NCBI GenBank assembly: GCA_013239625.1
Contig: MU053934.1
Coordinates: 10,579,003-10,643,002, forward strand
Reading direction: 5' to 3'
Source of the DNA: Lama guanicoe
Taxonomy: Eukaryota
Length of the DNA: 64,000 bases
Part shown: piece by piece, positions 10,560 to 23,430 of the stretch
How positions within the stretch are numbered: the stretch's first letter is position 1
Layout of the letters: the number at the start of each line of letters is the position of its first letter
Notes under the pieces: generated by a model
Seen by the model: the letters and a program-made list of their open reading frames with translations, nothing else
What the model was told of the DNA's origin: nothing
Database searches by the model: none
Position numbers and translations under genes: made by a program

Positions 10560-13500
10560 ATTCCATGCAAAGTTAGCGTAAGAAAAATAAAATGGAACAA
10601 TTAGTATAATACTATCTTCACACAAAAAAATAAGGCCTAACAGAAAGACACATTCACACACAAAAACTTTAATATTTCAAAAACAATCTAACTTTTTGCA
10701 AACAAAATTGGTGAAAGAACAGAATATACTAGAGTTAAAATGACAAATAAGATAGATAATTGGATGAAGAAAAGATAAAGAGAGCTCACAGAACTTAGTA
10801 AATATCTGGAAATAGAAGAAAAATCATTTCAGAAAAAAAGGTAAATTAGAAGGAATACAGTAGTAAATATCTATCACCAAGAATGCCATCAGAGAAGTGG
10901 AAACATGCGGGGAGCCACTCATGACCTGAGGACTGCCGAGCACAGAACGGGACGGAAAATCCCAAAGTGCTGGCATCAGGCTCTGAGATTGATCTAACAA
11001 AGACAATCTGTCCCGCCACCCCTTTTCAGGAAAGAATGCACCAGGTGATCTAAAAGCCCTAGGAACGTCCTGAGCCATTAAACTACTGATGATCTTTGAA
11101 CAGAGAGATACAATCAACATACAAGTTAGTGGTCTTAGTTTATAGAAACAACAACCTTAGTTAGTGATCTTGGTATGTGGGAACATATACCCCAGTTTAT
11201 GAGTCTTATAAACAACATTGATCTATAGAACAATGCACAAGTTAGTGAGTTTAGTACACACTGTGTTTAAACCATAAAACAATACCTGTGCCTACGTGCA
11301 AGAATGCACAAGGCAGTCACTTGAATTTGTATAAATTAACTGCCTGAAATAAACTCGAGGTCCACTCTTGGCTTAGCGTCTTGCGGGCTAGAGTGAGACC
11401 CTCTCAACCCCACCTTCTAGTCTTGTCTTTCTTTTCTCAGTCCTGCAGCACAGGTTTCTGGACCTGATCGATTGTCGGCTGGCTCCGACAGAAACATAAA
11501 GAGGAAAGTGATTTTTTAAGATAATTAGGAAAGACATTAAAAATATTTGGAAGTAACGAATACGGAAGGCTGGAAAAGAAGATTTCACAGATGTATAATA
11601 GCAGATGAGGCAGAAAACCAAAGCGTGAGGCAGAATGAATACTGCAACTAATGTTTTAAAAATACATTTTCAAAATAAGAGGAAATTTACCTTAGATATT
11701 GGACAAGAACATACTCCAATTGTGGGGAAATCTACCCACAATGATCAACACAAGAATATCTGCTAGTAAAACTATTGGTTTTAGATTTTAAAAACACCTT
11801 TGAATATTCATGCAAAAAGAGCAGGAATCTTATAAAAGAAGGAAAATCATACTGGCTTCACTTTTTGACAAGTTTTTATACCAAAAGGTGGGGGGGGGCA
11901 CATGTAAGATGCTTAAAGTCAGGCAATGTGAACCAGACAACCAGACTGGCTTCAGGTATACATACTTACAAAAACTCAGAAAATGTTGTTGCTATGAACA
12001 CCTCCTGAAGTGTCTAGCTGAGAGCCAGCATCATACAACACAAATGACCGGAGAGGCAGTGGCAGACGGATGGAGAGTCAGTGTGGTAGACCAGACGGAC
12101 CTGCAGAGGTCCTACGAAGTGGTGGCTATCAGGGAGGCAGGGACGTGGGTGTTGGCCACATGCTCCAACAATGTAGAATCTGGGAAACTATCAAAATTGG
12201 GAGGGAGGGGAATATGCAAAAAGCAGAATAATCCAGCTGATTTACTTTATAGGCATTCATTGAGAAGCAAAATTCTATTACTTCAAATTGTTGCTTTGGG
12301 AGAAGAAGGGTAGAGAGAGGAAGGGGACAGAAGCAACCAGTGTCCAGGAGAAGAGATGGTGATGGAGACATGAAGGTATTAGTGGGAAGGTGTCCATGAG
12401 AACAAAAGTACAAGCCTTTTGGATACCTGAAGATCTTCCTAAGAAAGAAGGAAAAAGAAAAAACCAAAAAAGAGCGAATTAAACGTTGTACCTGGTGGGT
12501 GAATACATGTGAGTGCAGGCATGTGTGGTACACCTGTCATATATATGCATACGCGGTCCATATAACTGTGAGAATGCAGACAAGCGTTGGTTGTACTGAT
12601 AAATAATACGCAGAATTGGGCTTAATTCAGATAAAAGAAATGTGATTTTCAGATTGGCTAACAAAGTGAAATAAAGCACTGTATCCATGAAATCTGCTTA
12701 AATTAAGAAAGATTTTTCAAAGTATTAAAAAGAAAGGGCTCAGTAACACAGGAGTAGCTTCCCAGGAGTGGAGACTACAGGAGACGCAAGGAGAAGGAGA
12801 CAAAGCTCACTCGTGACAGAAGAATCCTCCACGCCACCCTCAGCCCGAGAGAGACCAAGCAGACGCAGCAGCAGGAAGGAGGCAGACGATTTAAATGACA
12901 TGATGAATGAGGCGGACCCTTTGGATACAGACTGAATGCTGAACTCTGGCAATTGGGAGTCCATCTTCTTTTTAAAAGTCCATGGAACATCCCCCACGTG
13001 GACCACATCTTATGCTGTAAGGAGAATCTCATTAAGTTCAAAAGCACAGAATAATACACCCAGCATTCTCTTACCCAAAGCGATAAAACCAGAAGCTAAT
13101 TATAGCATTAACCAAACGAAAAGGTCTGCCCACCAAAGGGGATATTAAACAACCCAGAACAAAAGCAAAATACAGAGTGAAATTACAAGATGTCATAAAA
13201 ATAACAATAATGAAAACCAAATATATAAGAATCCACAGGAAACGATTAAAGCGGTTATAAAGTAGCGCCTTCAGCCTTAAGTAAAAGTGAATGCCAATAG
13301 AAATGAAAATGCAAACATGGATGAACATCAAACACGAAAAGTTAGAAAGGAACAACAAAGTTAATCCGAAGAAAGAGGAAAAAGGAAGTAACAGAAATTT
13401 GAAGAGTTAAAACAAAAGAAATAGAACCAGTAAATGCATCCAAGCTCTGGTTCTTAGATAAACCACGAGGCGATCTAAAGTGCTGGTGCGGGTTTGGGGA

Positions 13501-14480
13501 GAGAAAGGACCAGTATGCAGCCTTAGGGATGGCCAAGGTAAAAGCCATCACGTCTAGAAGGACTTATTTTAAAAATAAGATTACTTCGTAAAATTGTATG
13601 CACATAAAATTAAATGCCAACGTGAAAGAAATAACATTTTAGAAAAATGCAAGGCACCAAAACTGACCCCACTAAAGAGAGAAAATCTTAACAGTGCGGT
13701 TACCACTGGAAAAATGCAGGAGACAGTTAAAGGGTGCCAACTCCCTCTGACCACAGGGGGAACCTACTGAGCTTTCATTAGATCAGTTAGCAGCAACGCT
13801 GCTTCAATAATTCTGGATGAGAGGGAGGGGTGGAAAACTTCCAAATTCTTTTTATGAAGCAAGTAAAACCCCCGTAACCTGACAGAGCTTTTATTAACCA
13901 AAAAACCAAATTACTGACCAATCACACTTACGACTATAGACACACCAAAATCTTAGACAAAGCAGCATGTTGCAAAGTCACGCATCATGACCAAGTGGCT
14001 ATTTTACCAGAAACAGGAATATTGAGCAGTTCAATATGAGGACATTTATGAATATAATCCATCAAATGAATAGAACTAAGCAAAAATATCCGATCACTCC
14101 AAAAACAGACGTTCTTTCTACAGAATTAAATACATCGGTGTTAAAAACACTTGGTAAAAGAGCAACGGAGGGATTCAAACGCCAGCATGCAAGCCCCCGG
14201 AGGAGACAAACGCCCCCCAGGCAAAGGCGGCAGGAAGGCAGGCAGGTGTGCGCACCCCTGTGCGCTTTTGGAATCATGATTAGAAGAGGGAAAGAAAATA
14301 GAGGCAGAAACTGAGGAAAAGAGGAAAATCAAAATCACTTCTGTCTGCAGGTGATAAAATTATGTATTTTGAAAGTACACCAAAATCAAAGGAAATACTC
14401 TCACAGAAAAGAAACAGTGGTTTCTAATATACTATTAAAGTGATACATTGCAAAACCCACATTTAAACAATCACTAAGAA
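10560..14480 (+). mobile_element. Old degraded LINE-1 (ORF1 and ORF2 remnants), interrupted by an ERVK LTR
   Basis: A-rich sense strand with decayed ORF2 motifs: IFFLKVHGT (cf. TFFSSAHGT) about 12960, LPNSFYEAS about 13840, HHDQV about 13985, SLLSAGDKIMY (cf. LSLFADDMIVY) about 14340; many stops and frameshifts. Confidence 0.85.
10906..11490 (+). mobile_element. ERVK (class II / betaretrovirus-like) solo LTR, 585 bp
   Basis: Starts TGCGGGGAGCC and ends GGCTCCGACA; perfect 6-bp TSD GAAACA at 10900-10905 and 11491-11496; TATAAA 11330-11335 and AATAAA 11348-11353. Confidence 0.9.
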
Positions 14481-14489
14481 TTCATTCTT

Positions 14490-17400
14490 TGGGGAAGATG
14501 GAGTAATTTTCCCTGTTTCTAAAACCTTGGGTGTTATAAAAAACAAACGTAAGAGCTAAGCCGTGAAAGAGGAGAAGGCGGGCTGAGCTTGAGACCCAAG
14601 GAGTGACAGGGTGCTGAGTTCTCTGGGTTTTTTTTTCCTTGTATATCCCAGACTTGGAGCTGAAGACACAGACAGCCTGGAAGTGTCACCCAAACAGCAA
14701 GGAAACAGCCCCAAAGAGCCAGCTCCCTGTTGCCAAAGGACAAGAGCAGGGGCGGCTTCGCGAGACAGGGAAATTCAGGCACTGGCCGCCCTCCTCCGGG
14801 GAGTAACAGAAGAGCCTGTGGCCCGCCCGCTCCCGCCGGCAAAGACCAACCCCGCCCTCCCCCTGCGGCCTGGGCTGGCCTCACAGCAAGGGGCCCAGTG
14901 AGGACCGAGGACCCTCAGCTCCTCCGGGTAGTGATGAGGTCCCATCTGCCACGTGGCCGCAAAGACCGTGTTGGTGGGAGAGGGAACCCCGACGCCCCCC
15001 GCAGTCACAAAGAGCGCTGCCCACGCTGGGGGCTGCGGGAGGCCGAGCGCCTGCCGCCTCTTGACTGTAATGAAAGAAGCAGGGGAGGGTGTGCCCCCTC
15101 CCTTCCCCTCCCGGAGCAGCGAGAGGAACTGAGAGGATGTGGCGCCAGCAGACCTACCCCACTGCCGACACAGGCTCGACATAATACGAAAATGTCCAGG
15201 ATTCGGCAGAAGATCGCTCGCTGGCTCAAGAGTCAGGAAGGTCTCATGTGGAATGAAAAAGACGCGCACTCCATGATCGAGGTGTGAGGAGGGTCTGACC
15301 AGGACTTCAGAGATGAGTGTGCTCCAGTGAGCAACTACACGCCTGCTGAAACAATGAGCAACTACACACCTGCTGGAACAAGCGAGAAGCAGAGGGCCCG
15401 AGCAAGGACGCCGAAAGCCTCAGTAAAGAAATACAGGTATATAGAAAAAAGTGAGAATTTTAGAACTGAAAGCCACAACTAAAGTAAAAACCACCGTGGA
15501 TGGGGTGGGCACAGCCTCTGAACGGAGGGACGAGGAAAGAGCCAGTGACCCGAAGGTGGAACGGGACACAGCCTAGACAGAAAGCCGGCTCGACAGAGCT
15601 AAGCCCCAGCGCCTGTGGGGTTACAGGTCTAAAGCCTGTGCCATTTCATCCTCGAAGTAAGAGGACAAAGAGGGAGGCTGAAAGGTACTTGAAGAAATGA
15701 TGACTGAAAACTGCCCCAGCTGTCAAGACACATATATCTCCAGAGCCAGGAGCTGACAGGACCTCAAACAGCATAAACCTAAAAAGCCTGTGTCAACATG
15801 CATCATAATTAACCTGCTGGATGGTAAAAACAAAGGACAGAATCCAGAGTGGTCTGAGAAAAGCCCCTGACATGGGGCAGAAGCATTTGGACGACGGTGG
15901 ATTTCTCATCACAAACTGTGCAGGCGAGAAGGAAACGACACAATATTCTTCAGGTGCTGAGAGAAGTGGACTGTTAACCCCACATCTGATCCTCGGTGAA
16001 GATACCCCTCAGGAAGGAAGGGAAATCAAGACATTCTCAGACGAAGGGCGACGAGGAGAATTTGTGGCCAGCGCACCTGCCCTAAAAGAACACCTAAAGG
16101 AAGGTCTCTGAACAGAAAGGAAACAGCACAGGGGGAAACCCTAAAACACCAGGGAGGAGGGAGAACACGGTGAACAGAAGCGTGGGTAAGTGCAAGTAGT
16201 CTTCCTTCTCTCCGTGGGCCTTATGAATCGCATCTGCTGCTGGAAGCGAATTGATAACTGTGTTGCGTGGCCGTAGAAGAAGCAGAGAAGACATTTAGGG
16301 CAATTTTATTTATAATTAACTGTGGCGATAAGGGGTTGTAAAGAGAGGGAAGGCTTCTGCACTTTGCTCCAGCTAGTAAAGTGTTGCCCCCGGTACACTG
16401 TGATCTCCGCATTTATCGTACAGTACATGGAGCGAGCGCTAAAAATGCTATGCAAACGCATGCACTGCAGACAAATCAAAATGGCATTCTGAAAAGAAAA
16501 ATTTCAAGTAACCCACAGAAAATGGGGGAAGGTAAACAAACCAAAAACTCCAGAGAGAAGAAACTGCAGACAAGAATTAAAATGGCACTGCCATGTGAGT
16601 AATCGCAGTAATATAAGCGATCGAAATGCACTAAAACACAGAGGGTGGGAGGGGGGTAAAAAGCATGACCCAGCCATACGCCACCTACAGGAAACGCGCT
16701 TCGAAAACAATGACACAGGCAGGTTCCAAGCAAAGGGAAGGAAAAAAACACGCGCCCCTGAACTCTAACCAAAGGAAATAGGAGCAGACAAGTTAGCATC
16801 AGATAAAGCAGACTTCAAAGCGGAGACAGTTCCCGGGGACGGAGAGGGGCATTACCGTGGCATCAGGGTCAATCCACCAGGAAGATGCGGTAGTCCTGCG
16901 TTTTCACGCCCTGAGCAACAGCCCTGCCCACTAGGGGAGGCAAACCCCTGCAGGACGGGGAAAGGAACGGACCGAACACAGCTTACATGGAGACTTCCAC
17001 ACTCCTCTCTTGACAGCTGAGGAGAAACTCGGCAGAACATCAGAAGGGTGGGAAAGAACACAGCGGCACCCCGGCCGACAGGGTCTTACAGGATTGTCTG
17101 TCCAACAAAAGCAGGACGCACGTTCCTCCCGAGTGCCCGCGGGAGTGTGCCGGGACACGACACATCCTGGGCCGTGAAACTAACTTCAAGCGGTTTTACA
17201 AGAACCGAAGCCAGGCAGTGCGCTCTCGGACCGCGGTGGAGTGAGGCTAGAAGTGGGTAACAGGAGGAAAGCAGGAAGAGCTCCAAACTCCTGAATAACC
17301 CGTGAGTCAAAGAGAAAAACCCCCGGGGAATAGAAGACACCTGCACTGAGTGGAGATGGAAATGTGACTCTGCGGGGGGCAGCTAACGCAGGGCCAAGAG

Positions 17401-19935
17401 GGAAATCCATGACCCTGAACGCACGTGTTGGAAAAGAGGGGAAGTCTCAGGTTAGTATCTAGGCTCCCGCTTCAAGAACCTGGAAGCAGAGGAGCGCAGG
17501 GAACCCCTGGGAAGCAGGAAGAGGAAAGAGAAGAGCAGACATCAAAAAAGTCGCACGTCATAAAGATGCCAGTTTTACCCAAATTGATACATAGGTTGAA
17601 TACATTGCCTATCAGACTCAGAAAGACTTTTTTGTAGATGTAGATAAGATCATTACAAAATTTATATGTAAAGACAAAGGCACTTAAAACTGCAAAATGT
17701 TTGTACCATTCTGGAGAAGAATAAAGCGGGAAAAATCAGTTTACCTGGCTTGTTTTTATTTCTAATTGTGGCAGCCAGCACCCAACGTAAAAATGGCCGA
17801 CCTAACCATTTTTGCGTGCACAGCTGTGTGTGGCTAAGTACACTCGCGTTGCTGCACAACCAGTCTTCAGAACTCTCTTCATCTTGTGAACCTGAAACTC
17901 TGTCCGCATTAAACAGCACCTTCCCGTTGTCCCCTCCCCTGGCCGCTGGCGCCCATCCCGCTAGTTTCTGCCTCTACGAATTCGGCGATTCCAGGGAGCT
18001 CATGTAAGTGGAAGTATGCAGTATCTGTCTTTCTGTGACTGGCGTATTTCTCTGAGCATATTGTCTTCAAGACTCAACCGTGTTACGCACGTGTCAGAAT
18101 TCCCTTCTCTTTTAAGGCTGAGTAATACCCCACCGTGCGTGTAGACCACATTTTGTTGACCCATTCATTTGCCAATGGACACTTGAGTTGTTTCCACCTT
18201 TTACTACCATGAATACAGCTGCTATGAGCATGCCGTCCAAGACCTGTTCAAGGCGTTGCTTTCGATTCTCGTGGGTGTACACCCAGAAGCAGAGTCAGTG
18301 GACCAGAGGATAATTCTCTTTTTAACTTTCTGAGGAACAGCCGTACTGTTTTCCACAGCAGCTACGCCATTTGACATGCCCACTGACAGCCCTAGGAGTT
18401 CCAGTTTCTCCACCTCCCCACCAACATTTGTTATTTTTTGTGTTTTTGACAGTAGCCCCCCAATGGATGTGAGATGACATCTCATTGTGGGTTTTGCTTA
18501 CATTTTCCTGGTGATTAGTGGTGCTGGACATCTTTTCCTGTGCTCATTGCCCATTTGTTTATCTTCTTTGGGGAAACGTATTCAAGTCTTTGACCCATTT
18601 TTTGTATTAAGTGATTTGCTTTGTTGTGCTGTTGAGTTATGGGAGTTCTTCATACACTCTGGATACTAACCTTGAATCAGATCTATGATTTGCAAATATT
18701 CTCTCCCATTTCATGGATTGCCTCTTCACTCTGTTGATTGTGTCCTTTGATGCACTCCACCTGATTTTAAGAATTTTTATGTAGTTATTGCATCCAAGAA
18801 TGGTATCAGCAGAGGCTGACTGATGGAAAAGCATTTAATGGAGGAGAGGTAGCCTTTTCAACAGATGGTGCCAGAGTGAGTGACCATCCAGAGGCAAAAA
18901 CCCAAACCAAACCCAGACAGACTCTTGATTTGATTCTCACATGCAACTTCACTTTGAAAGGGATACAGGCATAAATGTAAAATATAAATCTATAAAACTT
19001 ACAGAAAAAATACAAGAGAGAAATATTCAGGGTTTAGGGCTAGCCAAAAAAATCTTAGACTCGACACCAAAAGCACAGTCCATGACGGGAAAAAATGGAC
19101 AGCTTGGACTTTATCAAAATAAAACAAACCCTTTTGATGTCTGGAAGTCCATATTAAGAGAATGTAAAAACAAAAGACACAAAGCTGGAGAAAGTATTTG
19201 CCAACCACACATCTGACAAAAGGCTAATTTCTAGACTATTTAAAGAGCCCTCAAAACCTAACAGCAAAAAAAATCCAATTAGCAAGTGGGGGAAAGATAT
19301 GCAGAGTTATTTCGTGAAAAAGGATGTTTAGGTGGGAAACAGGCACAGGAAAATATGTCCAACATCACTCGCCATGAGGGAAGCAGACGCGCAGACACAG
19401 TGAGAGACCGTCACAGCCCTATCAGAACGGCTGCGATAGCGTCGGGAGCAGCACCAAGCCAGGGAGGGGATGCAGAGCAATGGGGCCCCTCCTCCGCTGC
19501 TGGTGGGGACGGAAGATGGCGGGGGTTCTCGGACAACACGTGGACTCTTACGTCTGGCTTCTTTCACGTAACACATTTTCCAGGTTCGTCATTTTCCAGG
19601 TCCACGTGGAGCCTGCGTCAGAAATGTGTTCTCTTCACAGCTCGACAATATTCCATTCTTGCGTGTCCCACATTTTGTTTATCCATCTGCCTGTGCGTGG
19701 ACATTTGAGCTTTTCCCACCTTTTGGCCATTGTGCATAGACGTGCTGTGGACATTCAGGCTCACATTTCTGTTTGGGGTGATGAGAACGTTCTGGAAATA
19801 GAAGGGTGGTTGGACAACTCTGTGAATGTGCTCGATGTCCCTGAATTTACGCTGTAAAACGGTTACAGTGGCAAATTTTGTGTCGTGTATTTCACCACAA
19901 TTTTAAAAAATCCTAAAAAAAGAAAAAGAAAAAGA
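14490..19935 (+). mobile_element. Near full-length degraded LINE-1 (5'UTR, ORF1, partly deleted ORF2, L1MB-like 3' end with A-tail)
   Basis: ORF1 motif EEMMTEN about 15690; ORF2 VNPPGR/ggtcaatccaccaggaagat (cf. GSIHQED) about 16870; KMPVLPKLIHRLNTLPI about 17565; 3' end ggggtgatgagaacgttctggaaatag...tatttcaccacaattttaaaaaa. Confidence 0.85.
17750..18790 (-). mobile_element. Antisense LINE-1 3' part (L1MA/L1MB-like) nested in the previous L1
   Basis: Minus-strand ORF2 C-terminal remnants MRCHLTSIG..VGGEVEKLE and KDTINRVKRQSMKWERIFANH; typical 3'UTR cagaactctcttcatcttgtgaacctgaaactctg. Confidence 0.9.
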
Positions 19936-19939
19936 ATGG

Positions 19940-20830
19940 GGATGGGGGGAGGACCCAGAGCCGAGCCTGAAGAGTTCCTCCTCGAGGAACTCCAATGATG
20001 GGGCTATTTTAGCATCTTTAAACTGATGGACTTCAGTGGACAGAAAACCCTGAGCATGTTTAAATCCTTGTGTTTGCATTAATGCAAAATGCTAGCCACT
20101 GCCGGAGTGTGTTCAGTGCCTACTCATTATTTTGAAAACTGATAAATAAAGGGAAAGATATAGTAGGTACGTATTTATCCTTGCTTTGCATTTAAGAACT
20201 TGACTGCTGGGTGATAAGGTAATTGAAATGGGAGGTTTCTTTTTATACAAATATCATAGATGTTAAGTAAAGAATTAATGTCAGAATTAGAAGGTCATCA
20301 TTTCTAACCCTTAATGGATTCATGGACTGAACAATGACTGTCAATGGCTGCTAACGTCAGAAAAAAGGGAAACCCAGCAGACACTGGGCAGCCCTGATGG
20401 AAGCCCAGCCCAGCACGTGAAGTCCTCCTGCCAAAAAATGAAAATGGAATTTGGTATCAAATCTCAAAATCTAGCTTCCAATTCACGGGGGCCTCAGGGC
20501 CAGTGAGACGCGTTTATCATCAGAATTCAGACCGCAGAGAGCACTCCAGGGAGAGCAGCCCAATTTCAATCCCCAAAACTCTACAAAGGGATGGGGACTG
20601 GGGAGGGGGGAGCTGAAGGGAGAGAAAAATTTTTGGAGACGTATCAACCAGTTTCCAAGTATGGATTTTACTTGAATTCAGATTCAAAGTAACAAAATAA
20701 AAACTATAGATCGCTGGCAAAATTTAAGCGTATTGTTGGATATTAGATTCTATTGTGGATATGCCTGAAAAAGACCTTCCTTCAGAGATGCATACAAAAA
20801 TATTTACAGATAAAATCGAACACAGTATTT
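19940..20830 (+). mobile_element. L1MC5-like 3' UTR
   Basis: agaattagaaggtcatcatttctaacccttaatgga...caatggctgctaacgtcagaaaaaaggga...ctgccaaaaaatg matches the remembered L1MC5 3' end. Confidence 0.7.
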
Positions 20831-21239
20831 ATTAAATGTTTACTCTAGGAAAGATGAGGAAATGAAAGGGGAAAGAGACAAAAGTGAAGTGCAGACCCCT
20901 CCCTTCTCCGGCAGAGAGGGGCTCTCCGCGCCTCCTGCCTTGTCTGCTGGAGGCTGCGCTGCGGAGTCCCGGCCCCTCAGGACGCTTACAGCCTCCCCCC
21001 GCCTCTCTGCTGGGAACCCCGATCTGGCTCCGGAGGGAAGTGAGCTCACGTGCCAAAGGGAAGGGGACCCACAGTCCGTCTCGCCCAGAAAGTGGCTCCG
21101 CAGCACGACAGAGGAACCCGGCGTTCTGACGGCAGCGATGCTGCACTTCCAGGTCGGGCAAATCGGAGGTGGAGATGCAGACTCCAGAGGGAGCAGGACT
21201 CCTGCGCAGCGGGCTGCTGGCAGTGATCAGCCGGTCCTG

Positions 21240-21445
21240 CAGAGGTTAAGGGACAGGCCCGAGAGTCGGTCTCTGCTCCCCTCTGAGCCTGCTGTGTGAT
21301 GCTGGGCACCTCACTTGCCTCTCTGAGCCCCAGTTTCCTTGCCTATATGATGGAGATGATTGGAACTGGGTTGACAGGGCTGTTGGGAACAGGAAATAGG
21401 GTCACGCTGATGAAGTTCTCAGTGCAGCACACAGTGTGTTCAACA
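21240..21445 (+). mobile_element. MIR SINE
   Basis: gctgtgtgatgctgggcacctcacttgcctctctgagccccagtttccttgcctat is the MIR core. Confidence 0.85.
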
Positions 21446-22042
21446 CCTGCTGCGGGCAACGGCCCTTCTCACAGGCAGGCAGGTTCTGTGTCTATAAGCA
21501 GCTCATAATTGTGTCTGTATGAGACTTTGTCTAAAGTCTTTTCGTCCCATCAGACTGTTAGGTTCCCCCAACACACACACATGCATACTGGTGATGCATG
21601 TTTTCCTATGTATACATCGTTTTTGGGTTTTCAGTAGGAAATTGGAAAAAGGCATATTGGACATTTGAAGCAGGAGCACGTGGAAGTCCAGCTCTGGACA
21701 GGAAGCCATGGCAGAAGAGCCGGGAAGATGAAAAGGGGCTGGGGAGGTGCAAGGTGAGAGGGGGTGCTCCCTGCAGCCCACACCTGCATAGACGTGCCCC
21801 CTGGAGACCAGGTGGGCTGAACACCTGAGGGGAATGCTAGGATTGGAAACTCAGAGGCCACGGGGACCTTGGTGATGGTGAGTCCAGTGGAGCTATGGGG
21901 CAGTCTGAAAGAGTGTGGAGAGGATGGAGGAAGACTCAAGGTGGGCGGGCACAGAGGCAGGACTTGGAAGAACAGGACTGAGCTGGCTGGCTTGTCTACT
22001 GTGGTATGTGTGTACATGTATGTCTGTCCCTTCATCTTCTCT

Positions 22043-22215
22043 CTCTATCCATCCATTCATCTATCATCTATCCATCCATCCATCCATCTATCCATCCATG
22101 CATCTATCTATCTACCTATCTATCATCTCCCCATCTATCTACCCATCTATCCATGCATGCATGCATGCATCCATCCATCTACACCCCTACCCATCTATCC
22201 ATCCATGCATTTGTG

Positions 22216-22260
<45 letters not shown>

Positions 22261-22290
22261 CCCCATCTCTCTATCCACCTGTCTATCTAA
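22043..22290. repeat. Compound (TCCA)n/(TCTA)n microsatellite
   Basis: Read directly; includes a pure (TCTA)n run at about 22217-22260. Confidence 0.95.
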
Positions 22291-23430
22291 TATGAGAATG
22301 ACTGGAGTCTAGGAGAAAGTGAGAGGACTAAAGAGAAGGCACGCTCCCGCCTCTCTCCAGAGAGCATCAGCTTGGGGCTGCAAGGCTTCAGCCCAGTGGG
22401 AAACTCTGGTGAGCGGGTCTTGCCCCATTGCCTTCAGGGAGAAAGTGTGCGCAGCGGGCAGCTGTGGCAGGGACAGCTGTGGTACCAGAATCAGGGCAGA
22501 GTGCTGGAGGAGGCCTGTTGAGACGGTGACACATGGCTGGAGTGATGAGCACACACGTGGACCTGGCACTCGGGTACAGATGGCGTGTGCCACGAAGCCT
22601 GTCCCTCATGACCTGTGGATGGCGGAGCAGCTGGAGTGGAGAAGAATGAACGGCTCGTGCCCCCGCCTCTGTGCAGACAGAGAGGCGGGCTGGGGCCGCA
22701 GGGCCGGGGGCATGGCCGGGAGGCGCTGGACTGGAGTGTCTCCACACGTGGCTGCTTCTCCTTGGCCGCACCACAGCGTAGCTGCTTCCGGGCTGCAGGA
22801 GGGACTCGGGGCCAGTTTGTGTAAGCCAGAGGGCACCTTGCAGGATGCTGAGTAGGGAGGGTCTTGACTTCTCTCAGTTCAGTGCAGCCTTGGCTGTTTC
22901 AGAGGAGCAGAAACTCCATCCTAGATTCCAGGACCAGCTGATGCCAGAAGCCAGGGCTGGAGCCCAGAGCTGGTGGTCACAGCACCAAGCTCCCCTCCCA
23001 CTCCTGTTCTCTGCCAATGTGCACGACGCGCATCTGTGTGAAGGGCCACACCACTGGAGACAGATATTTACTGATTTTCCCCATTCCATTCTTCCGATAT
23101 TATGTTATTTTAAATTCCTTAGCCTCTGACGAGACACATCCTCTACAAATGCTTTCATAACCTTGTCTCTGAGGTCTGCAGTCGGAAGCACTGAGGGAGA
23201 GAGTCAGTTTTCTGGGGCCAAGAGTTCAAGTCCTCAGCCTGCAGCTTGTTCAGAGTGGCTCTGGGTTCTTTTAAAAATTGTCTGGCTCCCAGAGTCCTCA
23301 TCTCTACAATCTTCTTAGCTAAGGGTTTTTGAATCTTGCTATGTGCTTAGTGCTCTTCTAAGGATTTTCTATGAATTATTCACGCAGTTTCTATGAGAGG
23401 GAGCTGAGCCCAGATGCCACCCTCGCCGCC

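Noticed and set aside
15328..15381. 27-bp tandem duplication in L1 ORF1
   Set aside because: Real, but inside a dead repeat with no functional implication.
10560..19935. Intact or active LINE-1, or a domesticated reverse transcriptase gene
   Set aside because: All ORF1/ORF2 pieces carry many stops, frameshifts and deletions.
21869..22312. SIYL/IHPS-repeat ORFs
   Set aside because: Translations of the (TCCA)n/(TCTA)n microsatellite.
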